64,000 nucleotides of DNA from Candidatus Latescibacterota bacterium (GTDB lineage Bacteria > Latescibacterota > UBA2968 > UBA8231). A program made the translations under genes and the position numbers. Positions 31,056 to 39,576 of the stretch are shown piece after piece (the stretch's first letter is position 1; the number at the start of each line of letters is the position of its first letter). Location: assembly GCA_963422735.1 (NCBI GenBank), contig OY730476.1, forward strand, positions 4,448,001 through 4,512,000. Reading direction: 5' to 3'. Under the pieces are notes generated by a model. It had not been told where the DNA came from, searched no databases, and worked only from the letters and a program-made list of their open reading frames with translations.

Positions 31056-34000
31056 TCAGTACACCACCCCGATCAGGCGCGTCTCGCTGGTGTGGGACGC
31101 AGAGGCTGCATCTACGTCGGCGTCTATCTTACACAGATACGCCCCCGGCGGCACGAGTTGCCCGTCGTCGTCGCGGCCGTTCCAAGTGAATACCTGTTCC
31201 CCAAAGCCTTGCCGACTCCCGCTCCACACGGAGTGCCCGGCCAAGTCGAAGATGCGCACCTGGATGGTGCGCTCAGCATTGAGGTTGCCGAGCGCAAAGC
31301 GGATGTGGGCTTGATCGTTGGTGCCGTCGCCATTGGGGGTAAAAGGGTTCGGCGCGATGGCGAACCCCTGTACGACGCGGTCGGACAAGGGCACGGAGAT
31401 GCTCAGGGCCGTACTAGGCGTCAGGGTCGTGGCGTCTCCCGGATCGACTTGCTGATAGGTATCGGGAAAAGCCGAATCGCGGATTGCGGCATCTACAGTG
31501 GTGCCATTGAGCAGCACCGAGGCGTGGAAGCGCACCCTCACCAACTCGCCGGCTGCAGCGATGGACCCTTGCTGGCTCTGGGGCAGGGCGTTGTACGCGG
31601 CTTGAGTCAATGGATTCCCCTCGCGGTCAAAAGGGAATTCTCCGCCTTTACCTATCAGTCGGCGAAAGTAGCGAATCTCGCCTTGGAGCGAATCGGCCAA
31701 GCTCCGGTATGCGAACTCCTCTACGGCCTCTAAGTTGCGGCCCCGCAAGGCGAAGTAGAGGATGTCGCCCTGCTCCTCGATCGGTAGGCCGAGATAGGTC
31801 AGCTCGTTGAGTATGCGACCGTCGCCATCTACGGGCACCTGCTCGTCCTCTTCTGTCACGACCCGATAATAGGTGCGGGTGTCGTCATCTGCGGCCTGCA
31901 AGGCCACCTTTTCGGGTAGGAGCAACCGCAGGCCGGTGTTGGCGTCCGCCGGGAAGATCTTCAGGGAATCGCCAGTGGCCGCATCAACCAGCACATCCGC
32001 GCCGGAGGCGGAGAAAAGGCGACGGGGTTGGCCACGGTCAAAATCTTCCTCTCGGCCGAGAGCCACGTCGGCAATGGAGAGTGCCTCTATGGGCGCGGCG
32101 TCCAGCAGGATCTCGTCAAAGCGTCGGCTGGGCGGCCCCCCGGGCTGGTGCTCCACAAAGGTGGGATTGAGGTAAAGCGCGAACTCGCGCGTTTCCCGCG
32201 GCTCGACCGTATTGGGCCAGATTTCGGCAACGGTCCGGTGCGCCACTGGGGGCAGGAATTCCACGGCGATGGACCGTAGGCTGGCTGCTACGTCGGGCGA
32301 GGTGGAAAGCAGCCGTGCTTGGAGCTGCAAGAAGCGGCGCGGACTGGGGGAGGTCACGAGCTGGTCCGAGCGGGTATAGTGCTGGCTCCAGCTACTCCAG
32401 CCGCCGCCGGGTTGCAGACTATTCATGATCGGCCCCTTAAAACTGGTCGGCAGGTTTGTGTACTCGGTTTCGGTTTTGGGGTCGCCGCCGTTGCCGTAGT
32501 ACTCGACGATTTCCACGAGGCGATCGCCGGTGCGCGTGCGGATCTGCACATCGACCCGTTCTGAGTCCGGCAAATCGGCCTCCCATTCGATGTGGCCGAG
32601 AATGACCGAGCCGGGCAGCTTGATCATCGGCGAGGTGAGTGTGACCTCAGAGGGGTAGCCCTCGCCGAATAGCTGCACCTCGCGGATGCGGTCGCCGGTG
32701 TTGTACCCGCCAGCGCGCCCTACTTGGCTAGTGAATATCTGGCTGGTGAGGTAGCGCACTTGCTCGAGCTTTTCAAACTCGCTCTCCACAGTGCCGCCGT
32801 TTTGGCGATGCATCTCGCGCCACTTTAGGCTGCCGTTGGAATCCCGGGTGCCATCGGAGATGCGGACGACCATTTCGTCCACTCCGCTGATGCTACCAAC
32901 CATGCGGAAGTAGTTGAGCCAGAAGCGCGCCCCTAGGTCGAGGGTCATAATGCCGCGTTCTTCAAAGCGAGGGTCAGGCGACCAGACGAATTGGAGGAAG
33001 TTGCTCTCGTAGCGACCGTCGAACCCGGGCAGGCCGCCGAAGGTGCCAGTCAGTTCGACGCTGCCGCCGCCACCGATGACGTCGAGGGCGATGTTGTCGC
33101 CTTGGGTCCACACTTCTACGGCCGCTAGGCGAGGCCGCTCGCGTCGGTAGTGGACGAGGCGACCGCGGCGTTCGGGAGCGACGTCCTCGTATATGCTGCG
33201 GACGACTTTGGTCTCAGTGCCAGCCGCGTTGACGATGTGGTAGTCGATGCCACCCTGTTCGTCGAGCGGCAGGGCCGCGAACTCGGCTTCGGTCACGACC
33301 GCAAACTTGTCTAGTTTGCTATCGGTGACTGCGATGCGGAGGATGTGGAGTTGCTGGTAAATACCCTCGTCGTCCGGGTCGAGGTTGAACTCCACCGAGG
33401 TTTGGTCTTCGACCGGGGCAATAGTGCGGTCTATGAGCGACAAAGCCGCACCCCGCGCGTCCGAGGCCGTTCCGAGCAAGCGAACTTGGCGGAAAGGCTC
33501 GCCCTTGTTGGGATCTAGGAAGCGCAGCACCACCTTGGCGATTGGGACTAGCCGGCCCAAGTCGATATCGACGGTCCAATTTTCGAGCGAGTGGTTGTGG
33601 TATTCGACGCGGCGATCACCCGGAGCGGCTGCTTCGTACGCGGCTTCATCTACCCGCCGCTCTAGTCCATCGTCACCTTTGACAAAAAAGTAGATAGGCC
33701 CTTTGGCAGCCGGCGCGAGGCCGTTGTATTCGGTGCGGGATACTAAGGTGGTGGGTTCCCAGTAGGTCGTGGGGTCCGCGTCGAGAATGGCTGAGGCGGT
33801 TTCGACGCTAGTGCCGGCTTGGCGGATGCCGCCGTGATAGTAGTACCAGATAATCGGATCGCCGACCTCGATGTTCTTCTTTTTGTTGGCCTTTAGATAG
33901 ACGATTGGCTCCCCAGCCACGGTGGCCGGGGCCGTGCGGATGTTGAGTGGTATGGGGCGGTCGGCGCGATTTAATTCCTTGGCCAGCTTGTCGTATGCAC

Positions 34001-34262
34001 TCTGGTTGCCGATCAGGGTCTGGAAGCGATCGAGGTCTATTATGGCGTCGGTCGCTTGGCCGATGCGGCGCGGAGAGAGCGCGTGGGTCTGGGGATCGAT
34101 ATGCACGGCGTGTTTGGGCCGCGTCCAGTGCTCCCATTGCGCGGCGCGATTTATAGCCACGCCGTCGGCGGTTAGCTCAAACCCCTCTTGTGCTTCCGCT
34201 TGGCTCAAGAAAAGGAGCAACGGCAGGCTCCAGCGTTGGATGGTCATGGGGATTCGCTCCAA
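31056..34262 (-). CDS. Large exported protein with C-terminal FlgD-Ig domain (paralog A)
   Basis: Signal peptide; PNPFTPNGDG.ND and WNGRDDDG..VPPGAY. Confidence 0.85.
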   Translation of the reverse strand: MERIPMTIQRWSLPLLLFLSQAEAQEGFELTADGVAINRAAQWEHWTRPKHAVHIDPQTHALSPRRIGQATDAIIDLDRFQTLIGNQSAYDKLAKELNRADRPIPLNIRTAPATVAGEPIVYLKANKKKNIEVGDPIIWYYYHGGIRQAGTSVETASAILDADPTTYWEPTTLVSRTEYNGLAPAAKGPIYFFVKGDDGLERRVDEAAYEAAAPGDRRVEYHNHSLENWTVDIDLGRLVPIAKVVLRFLDPNKGEPFRQVRLLGTASDARGAALSLIDRTIAPVEDQTSVEFNLDPDDEGIYQQLHILRIAVTDSKLDKFAVVTEAEFAALPLDEQGGIDYHIVNAAGTETKVVRSIYEDVAPERRGRLVHYRRERPRLAAVEVWTQGDNIALDVIGGGGSVELTGTFGGLPGFDGRYESNFLQFVWSPDPRFEERGIMTLDLGARFWLNYFRMVGSISGVDEMVVRISDGTRDSNGSLKWREMHRQNGGTVESEFEKLEQVRYLTSQIFTSQVGRAGGYNTGDRIREVQLFGEGYPSEVTLTSPMIKLPGSVILGHIEWEADLPDSERVDVQIRTRTGDRLVEIVEYYGNGGDPKTETEYTNLPTSFKGPIMNSLQPGGGWSSWSQHYTRSDQLVTSPSPRRFLQLQARLLSTSPDVAASLRSIAVEFLPPVAHRTVAEIWPNTVEPRETREFALYLNPTFVEHQPGGPPSRRFDEILLDAAPIEALSIADVALGREEDFDRGQPRRLFSASGADVLVDAATGDSLKIFPADANTGLRLLLPEKVALQAADDDTRTYYRVVTEEDEQVPVDGDGRILNELTYLGLPIEEQGDILYFALRGRNLEAVEEFAYRSLADSLQGEIRYFRRLIGKGGEFPFDREGNPLTQAAYNALPQSQQGSIAAAGELVRVRFHASVLLNGTTVDAAIRDSAFPDTYQQVDPGDATTLTPSTALSISVPLSDRVVQGFAIAPNPFTPNGDGTNDQAHIRFALGNLNAERTIQVRIFDLAGHSVWSGSRQGFGEQVFTWNGRDDDGQLVPPGAYLCKIDADVDAASASHTSETRLIGVVY

Positions 34263-34266
34263 GGTT

Positions 34267-35931
34267 TCACTCGCGCTGTACTAGGCTGGCTAGCAGCGAA
34301 TCGGGTAGAGCGGTGACGAGCTGCTCGGCGGATATGTCGATTTCGTCGCGATATTTTTCCCGCAGCGATGCAATCCATTGGTCAAAGCGCGCTTGTTCGG
34401 CCTGATGCGCCAGGGCCGCCCGCGCCCGTTGCTGTGAGTGCTGTGGCTGCTCTGGGCGGGCAGGATCGGTGCGGATCACCACGAACAAGGCAAACCCTTC
34501 GCGGGTTCGCACTGGGCCGTTTAGGACGCCGACCTCGGCCCGTTGCAGGGCGCGCCAGAGCTGGGGATACGGGATGCTGTTGTAGCGGTGCATGCAGACG
34601 AGGCCGTCGGTGCGCCGTGGCCGCAGCGGAAAACCGCGGGCCTTGGCTAGGGCGACCAAATCCTCTTGGCCCGTCAAAGTGTCTTTGAGCTGCTGCGCCT
34701 CTTGCAGATTGGGCGCAATCAACTCGTCAAAGCAGATGGACTCCGGGATGGTGAATCGTTCGGGATGCGCGGCGATATAGTGATCGACATCGGCTGTGGC
34801 TACGGTGACTGAGTCGCTTACTTGGCGTTGATACACCGCTTTGAGCAGCAATTCTTCGTCGGCTTTAGCCAAATGCGCTGCGGCTTCTGGCTCTTGGTGA
34901 TAGCCCGCCTTTTCGGCCGCGTCGGCCAAAACGAGTTCCGGCAGGATAGTGCGGCGCGCAAAGGCCGCAATGGTCGCGCTGTCTTGCAGTACCTCTGGAC
35001 GCGTTATCCGATGCTTCTTCAGAACTTCTAAATATTCTTCGGTAGAAACCTGACCGCTGGCGTAAGCGAACAGAGGCGCATTCGCTCGCGATGGCAGGGC
35101 GGCTAGCCCCTGCGCGGTCAAATGCCAGCCCAATTCATAGGCGAGGAGCTCGACCTGCTGCCGCTCGACCTGCTGCCTCTTGGCTTTGGCTAGCTCTTGG
35201 GCGAGCAAGTCCCGCTGGCTATCGACCTCTATTTGGCGATCCTCTATAAAGCGCACCAAGTGAAATCGTCGGCCTAAGGGCAACGGCTCGGATACGACGC
35301 CCGTCGGCTGGTGATCGAATACGACCTCTGGAACCCCAAGGCGGCTGGCCATGGAGCGACTGACAAAGCCGATCCGACTGCGCTGGGCGGCCGCGCGCGG
35401 GTCGAGCGTGTGTTGGGCAGAGAGTTCGGCAAAGGAAGCACCGGCTGCGAGCTGGCGCTGGATCGCTTGGGCTTCGGCCTTCGTCTGGACCAAAATGGCC
35501 GTCATGAGCCGCTCGCGTCCGAGGTCTTGTTCTTCAAAAAAGTGAGCGATGTCCGCGTCCGCAACTTGCGCCTGGGGATGGAGATCGCGCTTTCGGTACA
35601 GGTTCGCCAGATAGGTGCGCCGCTGGAGTCGCTGCTCAACCCACACAGCCGGCTCACGTTCTAGTCCTATTTCGCGCGCTTGGCGCAGCATGAGTTGGCG
35701 GTCGATCAGAGTCTGCAAGTAGTCCTGCCGCGCCGCTTGCCCCTGTTGGGCCGGACGTAGCCCCGGCAATACGTTTAACGCAAATTGGCGTAGCTCTGCA
35801 CTCGTGATGGTCACATCGCCGACTAGGGCTACTGGCGGCGCATCTTGCTGGCTGCATGCGACCGACAAAACCAACGCCGCCCACGCAGCGGCGCATCTGC
35901 GCCGCAAAACATTTCTGCTTAGAGTATCCAT
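34267..35931 (-). CDS. SurA/PrsA-like lipoprotein with two parvulin (PpiC) domains
   Basis: Lipobox SVAC, SurA N-domain, GASFAELSAQHTLD and a second rotamase-like domain. Confidence 0.85.
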   Translation of the reverse strand: MDTLSRNVLRRRCAAAWAALVLSVACSQQDAPPVALVGDVTITSAELRQFALNVLPGLRPAQQGQAARQDYLQTLIDRQLMLRQAREIGLEREPAVWVEQRLQRRTYLANLYRKRDLHPQAQVADADIAHFFEEQDLGRERLMTAILVQTKAEAQAIQRQLAAGASFAELSAQHTLDPRAAAQRSRIGFVSRSMASRLGVPEVVFDHQPTGVVSEPLPLGRRFHLVRFIEDRQIEVDSQRDLLAQELAKAKRQQVERQQVELLAYELGWHLTAQGLAALPSRANAPLFAYASGQVSTEEYLEVLKKHRITRPEVLQDSATIAAFARRTILPELVLADAAEKAGYHQEPEAAAHLAKADEELLLKAVYQRQVSDSVTVATADVDHYIAAHPERFTIPESICFDELIAPNLQEAQQLKDTLTGQEDLVALAKARGFPLRPRRTDGLVCMHRYNSIPYPQLWRALQRAEVGVLNGPVRTREGFALFVVIRTDPARPEQPQHSQQRARAALAHQAEQARFDQWIASLREKYRDEIDISAEQLVTALPDSLLASLVQRE

Positions 35932-35979
35932 AATTACGTTGCATTATATAAAGAAACATTTGTTTAAGGAAATGCCGTC

Positions 35980-37722
35980 ATGCACTTTGGCATCCGGTTT
36001 TTGACTTCACACCCCATCTGGATAGCGGCGTTGGTGCTGGCGTGCTACGCCAATACTTTGGGCAACGGCTTTGTTTTCGACGACTCGGCGTATCTCGCTA
36101 GCGAAGCGGTGCGTGCGCTGGCCCTGGGCGATCTTTTTGGCGCTAGCTGGATGGGGCTGGAGCTGTACCGACCGCTCACCTTGCTCTCGCTTGGGCTCGA
36201 TTGCCAGCTCTTCGGGGAAGCTCCTTGGGGTTATCATCTAACCAATGTCCTGTTGCACGCGGTCAATAGCCTGCTTCTGTACGCATTGGCCCGAGACCTG
36301 CTCGGCGAGGATCGCGCCGCGCTGTGGGCCGCCTTGCTGTACGCGAGTCATCCCCTCCAGACCGAAGTGGTAGCTTGGATTTCGGCGCGGGGCGATTTGC
36401 TGGCCAGCCTGTTGTCGTTGAGTGCTTTTCTAGCGCATCGGCGGCGGCGCGCACTAGCCTATTTGCTGTACGCGGGAGCCTGCCTGTCGAAGGAGACGGC
36501 GATGGTTTTGCCGGTCGCACTTTTCTTGGCGGACTCACGGGGGGGAGCAGCGGCTTGGAGCAAGCGGCACTGGGGATATGGGGTGGCCCTGCTGGGCGTC
36601 TTAGCGTTGCGTTGGATCGCGTTGGCCGACGCCCCTGCTGGGCCGGTCTCTACCAATTTTTTGGCCGGCCTCGGCCCGTGGCAGCGGCTCGGCACGGCCG
36701 TGGCCATTCTGCCGCGCTACTTGCTGCTGATCGCCGCGCCGCTGTACCTGTCGGCGGATTATTCATATACATCGATCCCCCCGGTGACGTCGCCTTGGGA
36801 CGGGTGGTTTGTTGCGGGCTTGGCCTGTGCGGCCGCATTGGTCGCGCTGCCTTGGGTGGCGCGTTCGCGCTTTCTCGTCTTTGCCAGCGCGTTCTTTGGC
36901 GCGTGCCTGCTGCCGGTGGCCAATCTGTTTTTCCTCGCGCCCAGCGGCATGGCCGAGCGTTATTTGCACTTGGCCATGATCCCGGTGGCCCTGACTTGGG
37001 GTTGGGCTGGGCAGTGCTGGCTGCGGAAAAGCCCGGGACAGCAGCACCTAGTTTGGGCGGTGGCATTGTGCGCGGTGGTGCTGGGCGGTGCGCGCACCAT
37101 CGTCCGCAACCGAGATTGGCACAGCGATGCCCGCTTGTTTGCCGCCGTCTTGACGCACTATCCAGACAACGCCCGCGCCCACGACAATCTCGCGTTTGCG
37201 TACTATCAGCAGGGGCAATACGCGCGCGCTTTCCACCACTACCAGCAGGCGGTGGCCATCCAGCCGACCCGGCTGCGAGCGCATTTTAACCTCGGAATAC
37301 TGCACAGCGCGGCGCGGCGCTACGAGGAGGCGATCGCGTCCTTCAAGACTGCACTGGCCCTGCATCCCACTCACGTTGAAACGCATTTCAATCTCGGCCT
37401 GACCTACCAGAAAGCTAGGCGTTACGAGGAAGCTATAGGACACTATGGTATGGTGCTGAGTTTGGCACCGCACCATCTGAAAGCACACTACAATTTAGGC
37501 CGCGCCTACGAGCGCGTCGGCCGCACAGAGGCTGCCATCCGGCAATACACCGCGCTCGTGGCGCTAGACACCAAGACCGCTAAGGCGTATTACCGCTTGG
37601 GCGAGCTGTACCGTCGCCAACAGCGCCACGAGGAAATGGCCGCTGCTTGGACTACCTTGCTGCGCCTCGACCCGACGCACCGCGAGGCCGAGCGCATTCG
37701 TCAGGCACTGGACGAGAAGTAG
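35980..37722 (+). CDS. TMTC-like GT-C glycosyltransferase with C-terminal TPRs
   Basis: FVFDD, YRPL, HLTNVLLH, HPLQTEVVAWISARGD, SKE, LSADY, AERYL and RNRDW, followed by TPRs. Confidence 0.88.
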   Translation: MHFGIRFLTSHPIWIAALVLACYANTLGNGFVFDDSAYLASEAVRALALGDLFGASWMGLELYRPLTLLSLGLDCQLFGEAPWGYHLTNVLLHAVNSLLLYALARDLLGEDRAALWAALLYASHPLQTEVVAWISARGDLLASLLSLSAFLAHRRRRALAYLLYAGACLSKETAMVLPVALFLADSRGGAAAWSKRHWGYGVALLGVLALRWIALADAPAGPVSTNFLAGLGPWQRLGTAVAILPRYLLLIAAPLYLSADYSYTSIPPVTSPWDGWFVAGLACAAALVALPWVARSRFLVFASAFFGACLLPVANLFFLAPSGMAERYLHLAMIPVALTWGWAGQCWLRKSPGQQHLVWAVALCAVVLGGARTIVRNRDWHSDARLFAAVLTHYPDNARAHDNLAFAYYQQGQYARAFHHYQQAVAIQPTRLRAHFNLGILHSAARRYEEAIASFKTALALHPTHVETHFNLGLTYQKARRYEEAIGHYGMVLSLAPHHLKAHYNLGRAYERVGRTEAAIRQYTALVALDTKTAKAYYRLGELYRRQQRHEEMAAAWTTLLRLDPTHREAERIRQALDEK

Positions 37723-37799
37723 GTAACATCTTTGATAACAAGGAGTTACCGACTTATACAATGGAGACTGTGAGCGCGGCGGTACAAGGAAAAAGATGC

Positions 37800-37828
37800 T
37801 TGACTTTCAATAGTGTTGGGAGTACCTT
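37800..37828 (+). promoter_or_regulatory. Sigma70-type promoter
   Basis: TTGACT-17 nt-TACCTT upstream of 37872. Confidence 0.55.
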
Positions 37829-37871
37829 GAGGCGTGATATACCTAAGTACTCGTTCTATCCACGCTAATTT

Positions 37872-38792
37872 ATGAAGGAGATGGAGATGCACAAAACGTT
37901 AGTAAGTGCCTTACTCGCCGCGGTGATTGCGCTACCGGCTCTGGCTCATTTTCCTCCTGGCGAACTCCTGTTCGCGGTGCAGTTCCCAGATGAAAATATA
38001 CCGGTCATCGACGGCAATCACGCCGATTGGGCGGCCGTGCCGCAGATCCCCTACGAAGTAGGCAACGACAAGTACTCGGATTCGGTGTACAGTAAGTTGC
38101 GCGGCGAAATCGACGTCAGCGATCTGAGTGTGCGGCAGATTGTCGGCTGGAACGACAATACCAATCTGCTCTATTTCATGGCCGAGGTCTTCGACAATGT
38201 CCACACCCGCGACGCCGAAGAGCCGAATGCTTGGTGGTCCGACGACGCTTGGGAAATTTACGTGTCGCCGACGCATCCTGAAGTTGAGGGCGGCGGTGGC
38301 CATGCCCCCGGGCAGGAAGGCGGCATCCTCAAGGTGGGGTACAACTGGTCCATGCCGCCGACGGCGGGCGCGTGGGGCGGGTACAATCCCCCATTTGATT
38401 GGGTCCTCGATCCGGACAACAACGACGCTTGGAAGTTCGCGTACACGTTTGAAGGAGAAGAGTTCGGCGAGAGCACGTATTTCTACGAGGCTTGGATTCG
38501 GCCCTTTGACTTCATTCCCGACGATGGCGACCGCGAGGCCGCAGAAGAGACGGATCTCGAAGAAGGCCAGATCATCGCCATTAGCTGGACCTTCGGCGAC
38601 TTCGACATTGAAGGCGGGGCCGTTCTCGAAGACTATCAGGGCTTCTGGTCGGTATCGCCCAATGGCTGCTGCCGCGCCGACAACGACATGGTCATGAGCG
38701 AGCTCGACGACGCCATCGACTGGGGAACCGCTCCCGCCACAGCCGTTGAATCTAGCACTTGGGGACGCATCAAGACCGAGTTTAATCACTAG
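37872..38792 (+). CDS. Acidic exported CBM9/DOMON-like protein with a TWGRIK tail
   Basis: Signal peptide; IDGNHADW, VGWND..LYF and DDAWEIY; ends TAVESSTWGRIKTEFNH. Confidence 0.8.
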   Translation: MKEMEMHKTLVSALLAAVIALPALAHFPPGELLFAVQFPDENIPVIDGNHADWAAVPQIPYEVGNDKYSDSVYSKLRGEIDVSDLSVRQIVGWNDNTNLLYFMAEVFDNVHTRDAEEPNAWWSDDAWEIYVSPTHPEVEGGGGHAPGQEGGILKVGYNWSMPPTAGAWGGYNPPFDWVLDPDNNDAWKFAYTFEGEEFGESTYFYEAWIRPFDFIPDDGDREAAEETDLEEGQIIAISWTFGDFDIEGGAVLEDYQGFWSVSPNGCCRADNDMVMSELDDAIDWGTAPATAVESSTWGRIKTEFNH

Positions 38793-38830
38793 GTCCTGCT
38801 GGCTCGACCCGGCATTCGGTTTAGATGTAC

Positions 38831-38867
38831 AGGCGATGGGCTTGGCTAGCTCATCGCCTTATTTTTT
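38831..38867 (+). terminator. Rho-independent terminator
   Basis: AGGCGATGGGCT-loop-AGCTCATCGCCT followed by TATTTTTT. Confidence 0.8.
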
Positions 38868-38940
38868 AAGGAGCCATCTCAAAACCAAATGTAAACGATG
38901 AGACGGATGCCGGAGATGTCTGTAGAGGAAGTAGAGCGCG

Positions 38941-39387
38941 GTGAAAAAAGTTTATATTGAGACGACGATCGTCAGCTACCTTACGGCCAAGCCATCGAAA
39001 AATGTCTTGGCCGCGGCTTGGCAAGAACTTACAAGGGAATGGTGGGACCGTCGGCGTACTCACTTTGATTTGTTTACTTCTGAGCTGGTCCGAGCCGAGT
39101 CCTATAAAGGTGATGCGGCAGCCGCTCATCGGCGACTGAATTTCCTCGAGGGAATACCTATACTCGCAACGACAGATTCTGCAGTTGAGTTCGCCCGAAG
39201 AATGATAAAGGAAGGCCCCTACCGGAAAAAGCAATAGATGATGCGCTTCATATCGCGATCTCTGCTGTTCATCGATAACGCCGAGATGAAACCAAGTATC
39301 CGCGAACTTTGTATGCTGTATAGCCATTACTATCCAGAGATTTGCACTCCACAAGAACTTATGGGAGAAGGTTTAGATGAAAAATGA
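38941..39387 (+). pseudogene. PIN-domain toxin, frameshifted
   Basis: KVYIETTIVSYL..., then LPEKAIDDALHIAISAVH in a shifted frame, loss of the LLTWN segment, and ICTPQELM. Confidence 0.8.
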
Positions 39388-39553
39388 AATAGAAATAATT
39401 GAAGGCGTATGGAAAGCAAAAGACGAACTAGCTCGGCAATTTGAATACGATCTTGATCGCTTGGCAACAGCATTGCGACAGAAAGAGCAGGAGCATGGGT
39501 TTAAGGTTGTTGATTTCTCCCAAACTCCTCAGCCTACAGATTCGCAGATATAA
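39377..39553 (+). CDS. Small putative antitoxin of the PIN module
   Basis: MKNEIEIIEGVWKAKDELARQFEYDLDRL...; 58 aa, below the ORF-track cut-off; overlaps the PIN end. Confidence 0.6.
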   Translation: MKNEIEIIEGVWKAKDELARQFEYDLDRLATALRQKEQEHGFKVVDFSQTPQPTDSQI

Positions 39554-39576
39554 AAAATGCCTTCAAGGAGCCCGGT

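Noticed and set aside
36324-37289. Long alternative-frame or antisense ORFs (also 1109-1834, 37932-38789, 54793-55614, 62811-63563)
   Set aside because: Shadow ORFs of high-GC genes with low-complexity or antisense composition and no motifs.
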